Assembly (NCBI GenBank): GCA_035523815.1 | Contig: DATKPZ010000037.1 | Coordinates: 1-36,253, forward strand | Reading direction: 5' to 3' | From: Alphaproteobacteria bacterium | GTDB lineage: Bacteria > Vulcanimicrobiota > Vulcanimicrobiia > Vulcanimicrobiales > Vulcanimicrobiaceae | DNA: 36,253 nt | In this document: positions 1-8,675 of the stretch, piece by piece | Layout: the number at the start of each line of letters is the position of its first letter | Numbering within the stretch: the stretch's first letter is position 1 | Made by a program: the position numbers and the translations under genes | The notes under the pieces: model-generated | Told to the model about the DNA's origin: nothing | Databases searched by the model: none | Seen by the model: the letters and a program-made list of their open reading frames with translations, nothing else

Positions 1-918
1 ATGCTGATCGTCGGCGGCGGCGTCATCGGGCTCGAGTTCGCCACCGTGTATACGCGTGTCGGCGCCAAGGTGCTCGTGGTCGAAGCGCTTCCGCAGATTC
101 TCACCGGCACGGATCTGGAGATCTCCAAGACGCTCGGCCGAATCCTCAAGAAGCAAGGCGTCGAGATCATGCTCGACACCAAAGTCGGAAAGATCGAGAA
201 ATCCGGAAAGACCGTCAAAGCGACGATCAACGGCGAAGGCACGAACGGCAAAGACGAAACGCGCGACTTCGACATGGTGCTGGTCGCCGTCGGGCGTCGC
301 CCGGTCACCGATACGCTCAACCTTGCTGCTGCGGGCCTTGCAACCGACGATAAGGGTTTCATCGCCGTCGACGCGCAGTGCCGCACGAAAGTCGCAAACA
401 TCTTCGCGATCGGCGACGTCACCGGTCAGCCCCTCCTCGCGCATCGCGCGATGAAACAAGGCGTCGTCGCCGCAGAAGTGATCTCCGGCGATAAGTCCGC
501 GGCCTTCGATCCCATCGCGATTCCCAATTGCGTCTACACTGACCCCGAGGTCGCGACCATCGGATACTCCGAGGAGGAGGCCAAAGCCAAAGCCTACGAG
601 GTGCGCATCGGCAAGTTTCCGCTCGCAGCCAGTGGACGCGCGCGGACGATGAACGAGACCGACGGATTGATCAAGCTCGTCGGCGATGCGAAGACCGATC
701 TGCTGCTGGGCATGCACATCGTCGCTCCGCAGGCCGAGTCTTTGATCGGCGAAGGCGTCATCGCGCTCGAAATGGGTGCGACGCTCGAGGACATCGGTCT
801 CTCGGTGCATCCGCATCCGACCTTGACCGAGTCCATAATGGATGCGGCGGAGGCCGCGCACGGCAAGGCGATACATATTGTCAATCCCAAACCAAAAACT
901 CCCGTCGGAGCAAAATAG
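1..918 (+). CDS. lpdA: dihydrolipoyl dehydrogenase (E3), C-terminal ~305 aa; the 5' end lies upstream of the window
   Basis: The ORF is open at base 1. It carries the NAD-binding GGGVIGLEFA, FAIGDVTG, and the C-terminal interface motif HPHPTLTE typical of E3 flavoprotein disulfide reductases. Stop TAG 916-918. Confidence 0.9.
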   Translation: MLIVGGGVIGLEFATVYTRVGAKVLVVEALPQILTGTDLEISKTLGRILKKQGVEIMLDTKVGKIEKSGKTVKATINGEGTNGKDETRDFDMVLVAVGRRPVTDTLNLAAAGLATDDKGFIAVDAQCRTKVANIFAIGDVTGQPLLAHRAMKQGVVAAEVISGDKSAAFDPIAIPNCVYTDPEVATIGYSEEEAKAKAYEVRIGKFPLAASGRARTMNETDGLIKLVGDAKTDLLLGMHIVAPQAESLIGEGVIALEMGATLEDIGLSVHPHPTLTESIMDAAEAAHGKAIHIVNPKPKTPVGAK

Positions 919-1573
919 CCCCGAAGCCGCGCGGCTTCTCGATCTCGGCTATCGCCCGTACCGCGAGGTGTGGGAGCTTCAACATTCGCTCCACGACGCG
1001 GTCCGCGAAGGCCGGGAGCCCGACACCTGGATCCTGGTCGAACACGCCCCGGTGATCACCCTGGGCAGGCAGGCCAAACGCGATAACGTGCTCCTCTCGC
1101 CCGAGCTCCTCGCGGCCCGGGGCGTCGACCTGGTCGAGATCGAGCGAGGCGGGGACGTGACCTATCACGGCCCCGGACAGCTGGTGGTGTACCCGATCCG
1201 CAAGCTCGAGCGCTTCCGCGAGATCGTCCCACTGGTACGTTCGCTGGAAAGTGCCGTAATCGCGGCCGTCGCTCACTTTGGGGTCACGGCCGAGCGCTGG
1301 AGCGAACACGCCGGCGTCTGGGTCGGGCGCAACCAGATCTGTGCGATTGGCCTTGCAGTTCAAAAGATGGTATCGTTGCACGGCATTGCGCTCAACGTCT
1401 CGACCCCGCTCGACTACGACCGTCTGATCAACCCGTGCGGGCTGACCGACCGCGGCATTACTTCGATCTCGCACGAGACCGGAGACCATGTCACGATCGA
1501 CGAGGTGAAACCCGTCTTGATTAAGGAACTGGCTCGCGAGTTTGAGACACGGCTGACGTCATATGGCAATTGA
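878..1573 (+). CDS. lipB: lipoyl(octanoyl) transferase LipB (start uncertain: ATG 842 or TTG 878, both inside the lpdA 3' end)
   Basis: RGGDVTYHGPGQLVVYP and NPCG motifs. Aligns to E. coli LipB from LLDLGYRPY onward. TTG 878 is the candidate start nearest the conserved N-terminus. Confidence 0.8.
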   Translation: MSIPNQKLPSEQNSPEAARLLDLGYRPYREVWELQHSLHDAVREGREPDTWILVEHAPVITLGRQAKRDNVLLSPELLAARGVDLVEIERGGDVTYHGPGQLVVYPIRKLERFREIVPLVRSLESAVIAAVAHFGVTAERWSEHAGVWVGRNQICAIGLAVQKMVSLHGIALNVSTPLDYDRLINPCGLTDRGITSISHETGDHVTIDEVKPVLIKELAREFETRLTSYGN

Positions 1574-2456
1574 GATCGACCTCCTGAGTGGGCAACCGGC
1601 GCGCGTACGCAAGCCGGATTGGCTGCGCGTATCGCTGCCCTCGGGTGAAGATTACGAACGCGTGCGCGCCAAGGTCAACACGCTGGCGCTCAATACTGTG
1701 TGCAAGGAAGCCGCCTGCCCTAACATCGCCGAGTGTTGGGGAGCCGGAACCGCAACCATCATGATCCTGGGTGAAACCTGCACGCGCGGATGCCGCTTCT
1801 GCAACGTGAAAACCGGGAACCCCAAGGGCGTCGTGGATTGGATGGAGCCGGTCCGCGTTGCCGACGCGGTACGGGACCTCGGTTGGAAATATCTCGTGCT
1901 CACTGCCGTGGATCGCGACGACCTCGCCGACGGCGGCGCGCTGATCTTCGCCAACACCGTACGCGCGATTCACGAGCGCGTGCCGGGCTCCAAAGTGGAG
2001 ATCCTGAGCGGCGACTACCGCGGCGACCTTCGTGCCCTCGACATCGTGATGGATGCCCATCCGGACGTCTTCGCGCATAATCTCGAAACGGTCCGCCGCC
2101 TCACGCCGACCGTTCGCGACAAACGCGCGACTTACGAGCAGTCGTTGAAGATCCTCGCTCACGCCAAGTCGCGAGCTCCCGACCGATACACCAAGACGTC
2201 GCTCATGATCGGTTTAGGTGAGACCGAGGAAGAGATCGAGCGTTCGATGGACGATGCGCGCGGGGCCGGCGTCGACATCTTCACGCTCGGCCAGTATCTG
2301 CAGCCGACCAAAAAGCATCTTCCGGTCGTCGAGTTCGTGACACCCGACAAATTCGACCGGTTAGGTGAAATCGCCCGAAGCAAGGGCTTCCATCAAGTCG
2401 TCTCGAGCCCGCTTTCGCGTAGCTCCTATCACGCCGAACAAGCCTTTGAGGGATAA
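1563..2456 (+). CDS. lipA: lipoyl synthase (radical SAM)
   Basis: Auxiliary-cluster motif CKEAACPNIAEC (Cx4Cx5C), radical-SAM CTRGCRFC (Cx3Cx2C), and C-terminal RSSY. Overlaps the lipB end by 11 nt. Confidence 0.95.
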   Translation: MAIEIDLLSGQPARVRKPDWLRVSLPSGEDYERVRAKVNTLALNTVCKEAACPNIAECWGAGTATIMILGETCTRGCRFCNVKTGNPKGVVDWMEPVRVADAVRDLGWKYLVLTAVDRDDLADGGALIFANTVRAIHERVPGSKVEILSGDYRGDLRALDIVMDAHPDVFAHNLETVRRLTPTVRDKRATYEQSLKILAHAKSRAPDRYTKTSLMIGLGETEEEIERSMDDARGAGVDIFTLGQYLQPTKKHLPVVEFVTPDKFDRLGEIARSKGFHQVVSSPLSRSSYHAEQAFEG

Positions 2457-5400
2457 TGAGCAGTTTCTTCCTGCGACGTCCGATCTTTGCCGCCGTATGC
2501 TCGATCATCATCTTATTAGGCGGTCTCGTCGTACTCCCAACGTTGCCGATCGCTCAGTATCCGCAGATCGCTCCGCCGGTCGTGATCGTTACCGCGACCT
2601 ACGTGGGCGCAAGCCCCGAGGCGGTTGAAGCTCAGGTCACCAATCCGCTCGAAACCGCGGTGAATTCGGCGCAAGGACTGCGCTACATCAGTTCGACCAG
2701 CGCGCAAGGCGTCTCGACCATCACGGCGACGTTCAATCTCGGCGTCAATCTCGACATCGCGGCCGCCGACGTGCAGAACCTCGTGCAGTCGGCGGTCGGC
2801 CAGCTTCCGGCGACCGTGCAACAAGTCGGCGTCACGGTCTCCAAGAACTCGGGCGCCTTCGTCATGGGCGTGGCGCTGCGCTCCACCAATCCCAAGTATG
2901 ACACGCTCTTCCTGAGCAACTACGCGCAGCTCAACGTCGTCAACGATATCGCTCGCATCCCCGGCGTCTCGCAAGTCCGCATCTTCGGGCAGCGTCAGTA
3001 TGCGATGCGGATATGGCTCAACCCAATCAAGCTGGCGGGCGAAGGCTTGGCCGCGTCGGACGTCGTGAGCGCGCTGCAAGAGCAGAACGTCGAGGTCGCC
3101 GCCGGCAGCGTCGGAGCGGCGCCCAGCTCACCCAACCAGAAATATACCTACGCGATCGATGCGTTGACCCAACTCTCGGACCCCTCGCAATTTGCCAACA
3201 TCATCTTGCGCGCCAACCCCAACGGGGGATTTACGCGCCTGGGTGACGTCGCGCGCGTAGAGCTTGGAGCGCAGGACTACTCGACCGACCTGCGTTTCGA
3301 CGGGAACTCCCAAGTCGTCGGTATGGGCGTCCTGCAATATCCCGATGCCAACGCGTTGCAAGTTTCCGACGCCGTCAGACAAAAATTGGATCAGCTCTCC
3401 GCGAATTTCCCGGCGGGCATCAACTATGAGGTGGCTTTCGACACGACCGCCTTCGTGCGCGAGTCGATCAAGGAAGTCGTCATCACGCTTCTCCTTTCGG
3501 TGTTCCTCGTAATTCTCGTCATTTTCTTGTTCTTGCAAGATCCAAGGGCGACGTTGATTCCCGCCGCGACGATACCCGTCTCGCTGATCGGCGCCTTCTT
3601 CGTCATGAAGGTCTTCGGGTTCTCGATCAACACCATTACGCTCTTCGGCCTGACCCTTGCTGCGGGATTGGTGGTCGACGACGCGATCGTCGTCATCGAG
3701 AACATCGCTCGCCACATGGAGGCGGACAAGGCGACCGGCATCGCACCCACGGAAGCGGCCATGCGCGAGATCCAGAGCGCGGTCGTAGCGTCGTCGCTCG
3801 TGCTGTTTTCGGTCTTCTTCCCGGTGGCGTTCTTCCCGGGTACGACCGGCCAGCTCTACAAACAATTCGCGCTGACGATCACCGCGGCAATCTTGATCTC
3901 GCTCTTCCAAGCGCTCACCCTCGCACCGACGCTCGCGGCGCGGCTGCTCCATGGCGACGTCGAATCGGACTGGGGATTTTTCCACTGGTTCAACGAGGGG
4001 CTGCATCGTTTCCGCGCGTGGTACGCGCGCACGCTGCCGCGGCTCTTCCGCTATCGCTGGCCCGTGTTCGGCATCTTTCTGCTCGCCCTACTCCTGACGG
4101 GGTTCCTGTTCCGATCGACGCCGACCGCGTTCATCCCGGATGAGGACCAAGGCTATTTCATCACGCTGATTCAGGCGCCCGAGGGAACCTCGCTTGCGGC
4201 CACGCAGCAGATCGCGATCAAAGCCGAAAAGATGATTCTCGCGCAGCCTGAGACGCTGCACGTGTTCAACGTCACGGGCTTCAGTTTCACCGGCGCGGCG
4301 CCGAACCGCGGCTTGATGTTTACGCTGCTCAAACCTTGGAGCGAACGCAAGGGTCCGCAGCATTCGCTCTTTGGGATTCTGCCGCGGCTCAACTACATGT
4401 TTTACAAGAACATCCCCGAAGCGCAGATCTTCGCCGTGAACCCGCCCGCGATCAACGGCGTCGGCAGCTTCGGCGGCTACCAGTTCGAGCTGGAGGACCG
4501 CGCGAACCTCGGTTTGCCGACGTTGATGGGCTCGGCGTACGCGATGATGGGCGCGGCCGCGCGCGATCCGCGCCTCACGCAAGTCTTCACGCAGTACCGC
4601 ATCAATTCGCCGCAACTTCAGGTCGACGTCGATCGCAACAAGGTCAAGGCGTTCGGCACAAGCCTTGGCGATGTGTTCACGACCATGGAGGTCGATCTCG
4701 GCTCGCTCTACGTCAATAACTTCACCTACCTCAACCGCTCGTGGCAAGTGATCGTGCAGGCCGACGCGCCGTATCGCAGCGATCCGGCTTCCCTGCAGTA
4801 CCTTTCGGTACGCTCCGAAGCTTCGCCCGAACCGATAAGCCCCACGTCGAACACCAACGCCGCGGGTGTGGGACTCACGCCGCTCAGCGCGATGGTGACC
4901 GTTAAGCGGACGCTCGGCGCTCCGGTCATCAGTCACTACAATCTCTATCGAAATATCGAGATCAACGGAAACGCGGCCCCCGGACATGGATCGGGCGAAG
5001 CGATCGACGCGACGCAGCAGATCGCCGCGCGCGTTCTTCCGAAAGGCATCACCTACGAGTGGTCCGGTCTGCAACTCGACGAAATCGCAGCCGGCGCGCA
5101 AAGCGCGTTGATCTTCATGCTCGGCCTGGTGTTCGTGTACTTGGTCCTCTCTGCGCAGTACGAGAGCTTCGTCGATCCGCTGATCGTTCTGTTGGCGGTC
5201 CCGGCAGCGTTGCTCGGCGCGCTGCTCTTCATCAACTTCCGGCACGTGCCGCTGCCGTTTCTCTACGCGAATGTCGCACAGGACGCGTACGCGCAGGTCG
5301 GCTACGTGATGTTGATCGGCTTGGCCAGCAAGAGCGCCATTCTGATCGTGGAGTTCGCAAATCAGCAGATTCGTGCGGGCGCCGACGTCGTGACCGCGGC

Positions 5401-5683
5401 GTTGCGCGCTGCGCAAACGCGGCTGCGGCCGATTCTCATGACCTCGATTGCGTTCATCATCGCGGTTCTTCCGCTCGTCTTTGCAAGCGGCGCAGGCAGC
5501 GCGGCACGCCACTCACTTGGCACCGTCGTGTTCGGCGGCATGCTGCTCTCGACGTTTTTGAACCTCGCGATCACGCCGGTACTCTACGTGATCATCAAGG
5601 GCTTCGAGCTTCGTGGAAGCCGCCACGCGGATGGCGCGCCACGCGAAGATTTCGCGGACAGAGCACCCGCAATTCCAAGCTAA
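2456..5683 (+). CDS. RND efflux permease, HAE1/AcrB-like, 1075 aa
   Basis: N-terminus MSSFFLRRPIFAAV... and the TM4 proton-relay GLVVDDAIVVIEN closely follow the AcrB pattern. Size fits 12 TM plus two large periplasmic loops. The ATG shares its A with the lipA TAA (TAATG 2454-2458). GAGG lies 4 nt upstream. Confidence 0.9.
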   Translation: MSSFFLRRPIFAAVCSIIILLGGLVVLPTLPIAQYPQIAPPVVIVTATYVGASPEAVEAQVTNPLETAVNSAQGLRYISSTSAQGVSTITATFNLGVNLDIAAADVQNLVQSAVGQLPATVQQVGVTVSKNSGAFVMGVALRSTNPKYDTLFLSNYAQLNVVNDIARIPGVSQVRIFGQRQYAMRIWLNPIKLAGEGLAASDVVSALQEQNVEVAAGSVGAAPSSPNQKYTYAIDALTQLSDPSQFANIILRANPNGGFTRLGDVARVELGAQDYSTDLRFDGNSQVVGMGVLQYPDANALQVSDAVRQKLDQLSANFPAGINYEVAFDTTAFVRESIKEVVITLLLSVFLVILVIFLFLQDPRATLIPAATIPVSLIGAFFVMKVFGFSINTITLFGLTLAAGLVVDDAIVVIENIARHMEADKATGIAPTEAAMREIQSAVVASSLVLFSVFFPVAFFPGTTGQLYKQFALTITAAILISLFQALTLAPTLAARLLHGDVESDWGFFHWFNEGLHRFRAWYARTLPRLFRYRWPVFGIFLLALLLTGFLFRSTPTAFIPDEDQGYFITLIQAPEGTSLAATQQIAIKAEKMILAQPETLHVFNVTGFSFTGAAPNRGLMFTLLKPWSERKGPQHSLFGILPRLNYMFYKNIPEAQIFAVNPPAINGVGSFGGYQFELEDRANLGLPTLMGSAYAMMGAAARDPRLTQVFTQYRINSPQLQVDVDRNKVKAFGTSLGDVFTTMEVDLGSLYVNNFTYLNRSWQVIVQADAPYRSDPASLQYLSVRSEASPEPISPTSNTNAAGVGLTPLSAMVTVKRTLGAPVISHYNLYRNIEINGNAAPGHGSGEAIDATQQIAARVLPKGITYEWSGLQLDEIAAGAQSALIFMLGLVFVYLVLSAQYESFVDPLIVLLAVPAALLGALLFINFRHVPLPFLYANVAQDAYAQVGYVMLIGLASKSAILIVEFANQQIRAGADVVTAALRAAQTRLRPILMTSIAFIIAVLPLVFASGAGSAARHSLGTVVFGGMLLSTFLNLAITPVLYVIIKGFELRGSRHADGAPREDFADRAPAIPS

Positions 5684-5771
5684 CCGTAAGGGTTTTAGCG
5701 TCCCTGACCGAAGTGGTCGCGAGCCGGAACCTGATACTTTTAATAGGCCGGCCCTCGAGTTGGAGACCACT

Positions 5772-6995
5772 ATGCTCAAAAGCCTCATCCGAACGAGCGC
5801 GGCACTTCTAGTTGCCCTCTCGTTTGGTCTTTCCGTTGTTCCGGCACAAGCCGACAACAGCGAAGCCCTCGCGAACGGTGTCGTGAGCGGGGCCAACACG
5901 GCGATTCGAAACGCCATGGATGAACAAGCGCAAAAGAGAACTGCAACGAACCCTCAAGACGGTACGCAGTCGACGGTTGCACAAGTTCCGCCGGTCAGTC
6001 AACAGCCCGTCGGGGGTGCCGCACAAACGGGTCTTCCGACCGGTTTCACGTATTTCGCCGACCTCTCGATCGCCTATCCGTTCGGAAATATCGGCGATTT
6101 CGGTAAGGCGCACTGGCTGCAAGGCGGCATGGACGCCATGGCCTCGTACGGCTTCAGCCCGAAGTCGCGCGTGGTTGCGTCGTATTACGAACTGCAACAC
6201 TACCCGTATGGCTTCAACAGCGGAACCGTGCCGGTCTATTTACCGCCGGGCTTCCCGAATGCGGGCTGCCAAAATCTCGGAGAATCGGGCAACGCGAGCT
6301 GTCCCGCGACGAATCCGCAGCTCGATCTGACGACCAAAGATCGCTTCTTGTTACTCAGTTACGAGCAGCTCTTTTTGCTCGGAAACTTTCACGGGCGCTC
6401 GCTTCCCGTCGTCGTGACGCCGACCTACGTGTCGCGCTGGTCCACGATCAATCAATCGGGTAACGGCACCGACGTCGTGCCGTTCGTAAACCCGCTCAAC
6501 GGAGAGCCCGTCACCGGCATCCCCACGCGCACGGCGCAATACGACTCGGTCGCATTCACGTTCCCGTTTCTCAAAACGCCGCGCATGTTCGGCACCTTCA
6601 CGGTGGCGCCGACTTGGCTGACGCATCTCAACGGCGTCAACCAGAACAACACGGCGCAGCTCTATCAAGTGCTCTACCTCGAATACAACGCGACCAAGAC
6701 CCTGCGCTTCTTCCTCGAGCCGCAGGTTTCGCGCGACTACCTCCCGACCGATCCGTACCCGCAGCACCTCGCGGCGTACTTCCTCGGCGCAACCCAACGC
6801 TTGGGCAAGAACGAGTTCGTGCAACTCGTGCTCAACAGCGGCGGCCCGACGAACTACAGTCCGTACGGCGTGAAGTACTTGCAGTGTTACGCGCTGCCGT
6901 GCAGTGCCAATACCGTTCCGGCGATCGGCGGCCTGAAGGCCACGCAAATTCAAATGCAATTCGGCGTCGGCTCGCCCGTCGTTCTACCGTTCTAA
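5772..6995 (+). CDS. exported protein of unknown family, putative outer-membrane beta-barrel (407 aa)
   Basis: GGAGA at 5762-5766 precedes ATG 5772. Signal peptide MLKSLIRTSAALLVALSFGLSVVPAQA|D. A Q/T/P-rich linker is followed by repeated amphipathic beta-strand-like segments. The C-terminus ...QMQFGVGSPVVLPF ends in Phe, like an OMP beta-signal. The track ORF start 5613 overlaps the RND gene and is rejected. Confidence 0.55.
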   Translation: MLKSLIRTSAALLVALSFGLSVVPAQADNSEALANGVVSGANTAIRNAMDEQAQKRTATNPQDGTQSTVAQVPPVSQQPVGGAAQTGLPTGFTYFADLSIAYPFGNIGDFGKAHWLQGGMDAMASYGFSPKSRVVASYYELQHYPYGFNSGTVPVYLPPGFPNAGCQNLGESGNASCPATNPQLDLTTKDRFLLLSYEQLFLLGNFHGRSLPVVVTPTYVSRWSTINQSGNGTDVVPFVNPLNGEPVTGIPTRTAQYDSVAFTFPFLKTPRMFGTFTVAPTWLTHLNGVNQNNTAQLYQVLYLEYNATKTLRFFLEPQVSRDYLPTDPYPQHLAAYFLGATQRLGKNEFVQLVLNSGGPTNYSPYGVKYLQCYALPCSANTVPAIGGLKATQIQMQFGVGSPVVLPF

Positions 6996-7011
6996 GGATT
7001 GGGGTAACGCA

Positions 7012-8601
7012 ATGAAATCAACGTATCTCTCGCGTGCGCTCGCGATCCTCACGCTCGCCGCGCTTGCCGCGTGCGGCGGCGGTGGCGGCACGACGCCGCC
7101 CGCGGCCGCTCCGAAACCGATCGTCACGCCCGCCGGCGGCACGCCGCTCGTCGGCATCGGCGACAGCCTCACCGCCGGATATCAATCGGATGGATTCCTG
7201 GGTCAGGCGAATCCCCTGGTCACCTCGCCGCTCTCGGCATATCCGGGCAACGCGGTGCCGCCCGGCCAGGAGAATGGGTTCTGGGCTGACCTCTACGTGC
7301 AGCTTACCGGCGCCCCGGTAGCGAGCCTGTACGTTCCCTCGCTCTCACCGCTTCCGCTGATCGCGGGACCGGGGCTAGGCACGCAGCTGGTTATCAACGC
7401 TACATCCCTCTTCGCGAGCACGCACTCGGGCTGCGACACGTTCAACGACGAAGCGTACTCGCCGGCGACCTACGGCAACACGCGTCTTGCCAATACACAG
7501 AACCTCGATCTCGGCGTTCCAGGCATCACGATGCACGAAGCCGTCGCAATGACCGGACCGCTCACCGGTCCGCCCAACGCGCCGAACTGCGGCTACAAGG
7601 TGCTTCCCAACGACCCGACGTCGGGCGGCCTGCAGTCGCTGGTGTCCGGCGAAAGCGCACTGTTCTATCCCGTGATGGGCAGCTATCTCAACACGGTTCC
7701 GCAATTGACCGAGTTGAACGTGGCCGTCGCGTTGCAGCCGAAGCTTGCCACCGTGTGGCTCGGCGCAAACGACGTGCTCAAGTTCTCGTTCTCGGGCGGC
7801 AACCCGGTTGCCAGCGATTCCCCCACGCAGATGCAAGCGGATCTTACGCAAATCATCAAAGCGCTGACGGCAAAAGGCACGAAAGTTCTGATCGCGGATC
7901 TTCCCAACGTGCTCTCCTCGCCGCAGTTCTTCCCGCAGGGGAACCGGCTCGTCGCCGATCTCGCGACCCTGCTCACGCCGGCGCTTGGTGGAAGCGCGAC
8001 CGCAGCCGCAACCGCCATTTCCGGCTACGTTGCCACGCAGTACGGCGTAACCACCGGCGGCTATCTCACCGAGAGCGGATTCCTCGCGATCGTGCAAAAC
8101 TGCTCGACGTCGCCGACAACATGCCTCACCCCGCCGCTCGATCCAAGCGGCGCGGGGAGCGGCCTCGGCGGCTATTACCTGACGCCCGCGCTTGCAACCG
8201 AAGTCGCGCAGCTCAACACCGGTTACAACGAAGTGATCGATGCTGTCGCAAGCGGCTCGGGGCCGAACGTTGCGCTCGTTCCGATCACCGCAACGTTCAA
8301 CGCGCTCGCGCCGTCGACGACGGTGCCGGGTTCAGCCCCGAATCTCGATACGATCATTCCGGGTGCGCCCTCGGCGACGCTTCAGTTCGGCGGCAACCTC
8401 GTGAGCTGGGATGGACTGCATCCGTCGGACCTTGGGTACGCGGTCATCGCGAACACGTTCATCAAGGCGGCGGACACCTCGTTTGGGATGACGATCCCGG
8501 CGATCACCAACGCACAACTCACGGCGATCTCAACGGCCGACCCGTACAACGGAACGAATATCGATACGGCTCTAGGCGAGCCGATCTTCCCGCTTCCCTA
8601 G
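7012..8601 (+). CDS. SGNH/GDSL-family hydrolase lipoprotein (529 aa)
   Basis: Lipobox LAAC (Cys21) followed by a Gly-rich tether. SGNH block I GIGDSLTAG (Ser52), block III WLGANDV (Asn253), block V DGLHPS (Asp467/His470). Confidence 0.8.
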   Translation: MKSTYLSRALAILTLAALAACGGGGGTTPPAAAPKPIVTPAGGTPLVGIGDSLTAGYQSDGFLGQANPLVTSPLSAYPGNAVPPGQENGFWADLYVQLTGAPVASLYVPSLSPLPLIAGPGLGTQLVINATSLFASTHSGCDTFNDEAYSPATYGNTRLANTQNLDLGVPGITMHEAVAMTGPLTGPPNAPNCGYKVLPNDPTSGGLQSLVSGESALFYPVMGSYLNTVPQLTELNVAVALQPKLATVWLGANDVLKFSFSGGNPVASDSPTQMQADLTQIIKALTAKGTKVLIADLPNVLSSPQFFPQGNRLVADLATLLTPALGGSATAAATAISGYVATQYGVTTGGYLTESGFLAIVQNCSTSPTTCLTPPLDPSGAGSGLGGYYLTPALATEVAQLNTGYNEVIDAVASGSGPNVALVPITATFNALAPSTTVPGSAPNLDTIIPGAPSATLQFGGNLVSWDGLHPSDLGYAVIANTFIKAADTSFGMTIPAITNAQLTAISTADPYNGTNIDTALGEPIFPLP

Positions 8602-8621
8602 AAGCATCGTGCGGCTGACGC

Positions 8622-8660
8622 AAAAGAGAGCCTGGGCGGATTGCCCAGGCTCTCTTTTTT
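8622..8660. terminator. bidirectional rho-independent terminator between the convergent SGNH and gdh genes
   Basis: Perfect 11-bp stem gagagcctggg (8626-8636) / cccaggctctc (8644-8654) with a 7-nt loop. Flanked by AAAA (8622-8625) and TTTTTT (8655-8660), so it reads as hairpin plus U-tract on both strands. Confidence 0.8.
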
Positions 8661-8675
8661 GCGTTAGCGCCGGTA

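Noticed and set aside
4088-5512. 474-aa ORF antisense to the RND gene, and similar long antisense ORFs at 3128-4006, 8862-10004, 20261-21298, 21950-22918, 29351-30934 and 15457-15921.
   Set aside because: They are extremely Arg/Ala/Asp/Gly-rich with no motifs, and each lies wholly opposite a gene with strong family motifs. These are typical shadow ORFs of high-GC DNA.
5613-5771. N-terminal extensions of track ORFs: 5613, 10068-11216, 11114, 15085, 23017-24555, 28627-29424, 30191-30787 and 12917.
   Set aside because: The extensions overlap the neighbouring gene and are Arg-rich. They precede a better internal start that matches the family N-terminus, a signal peptide or a Shine-Dalgarno sequence.
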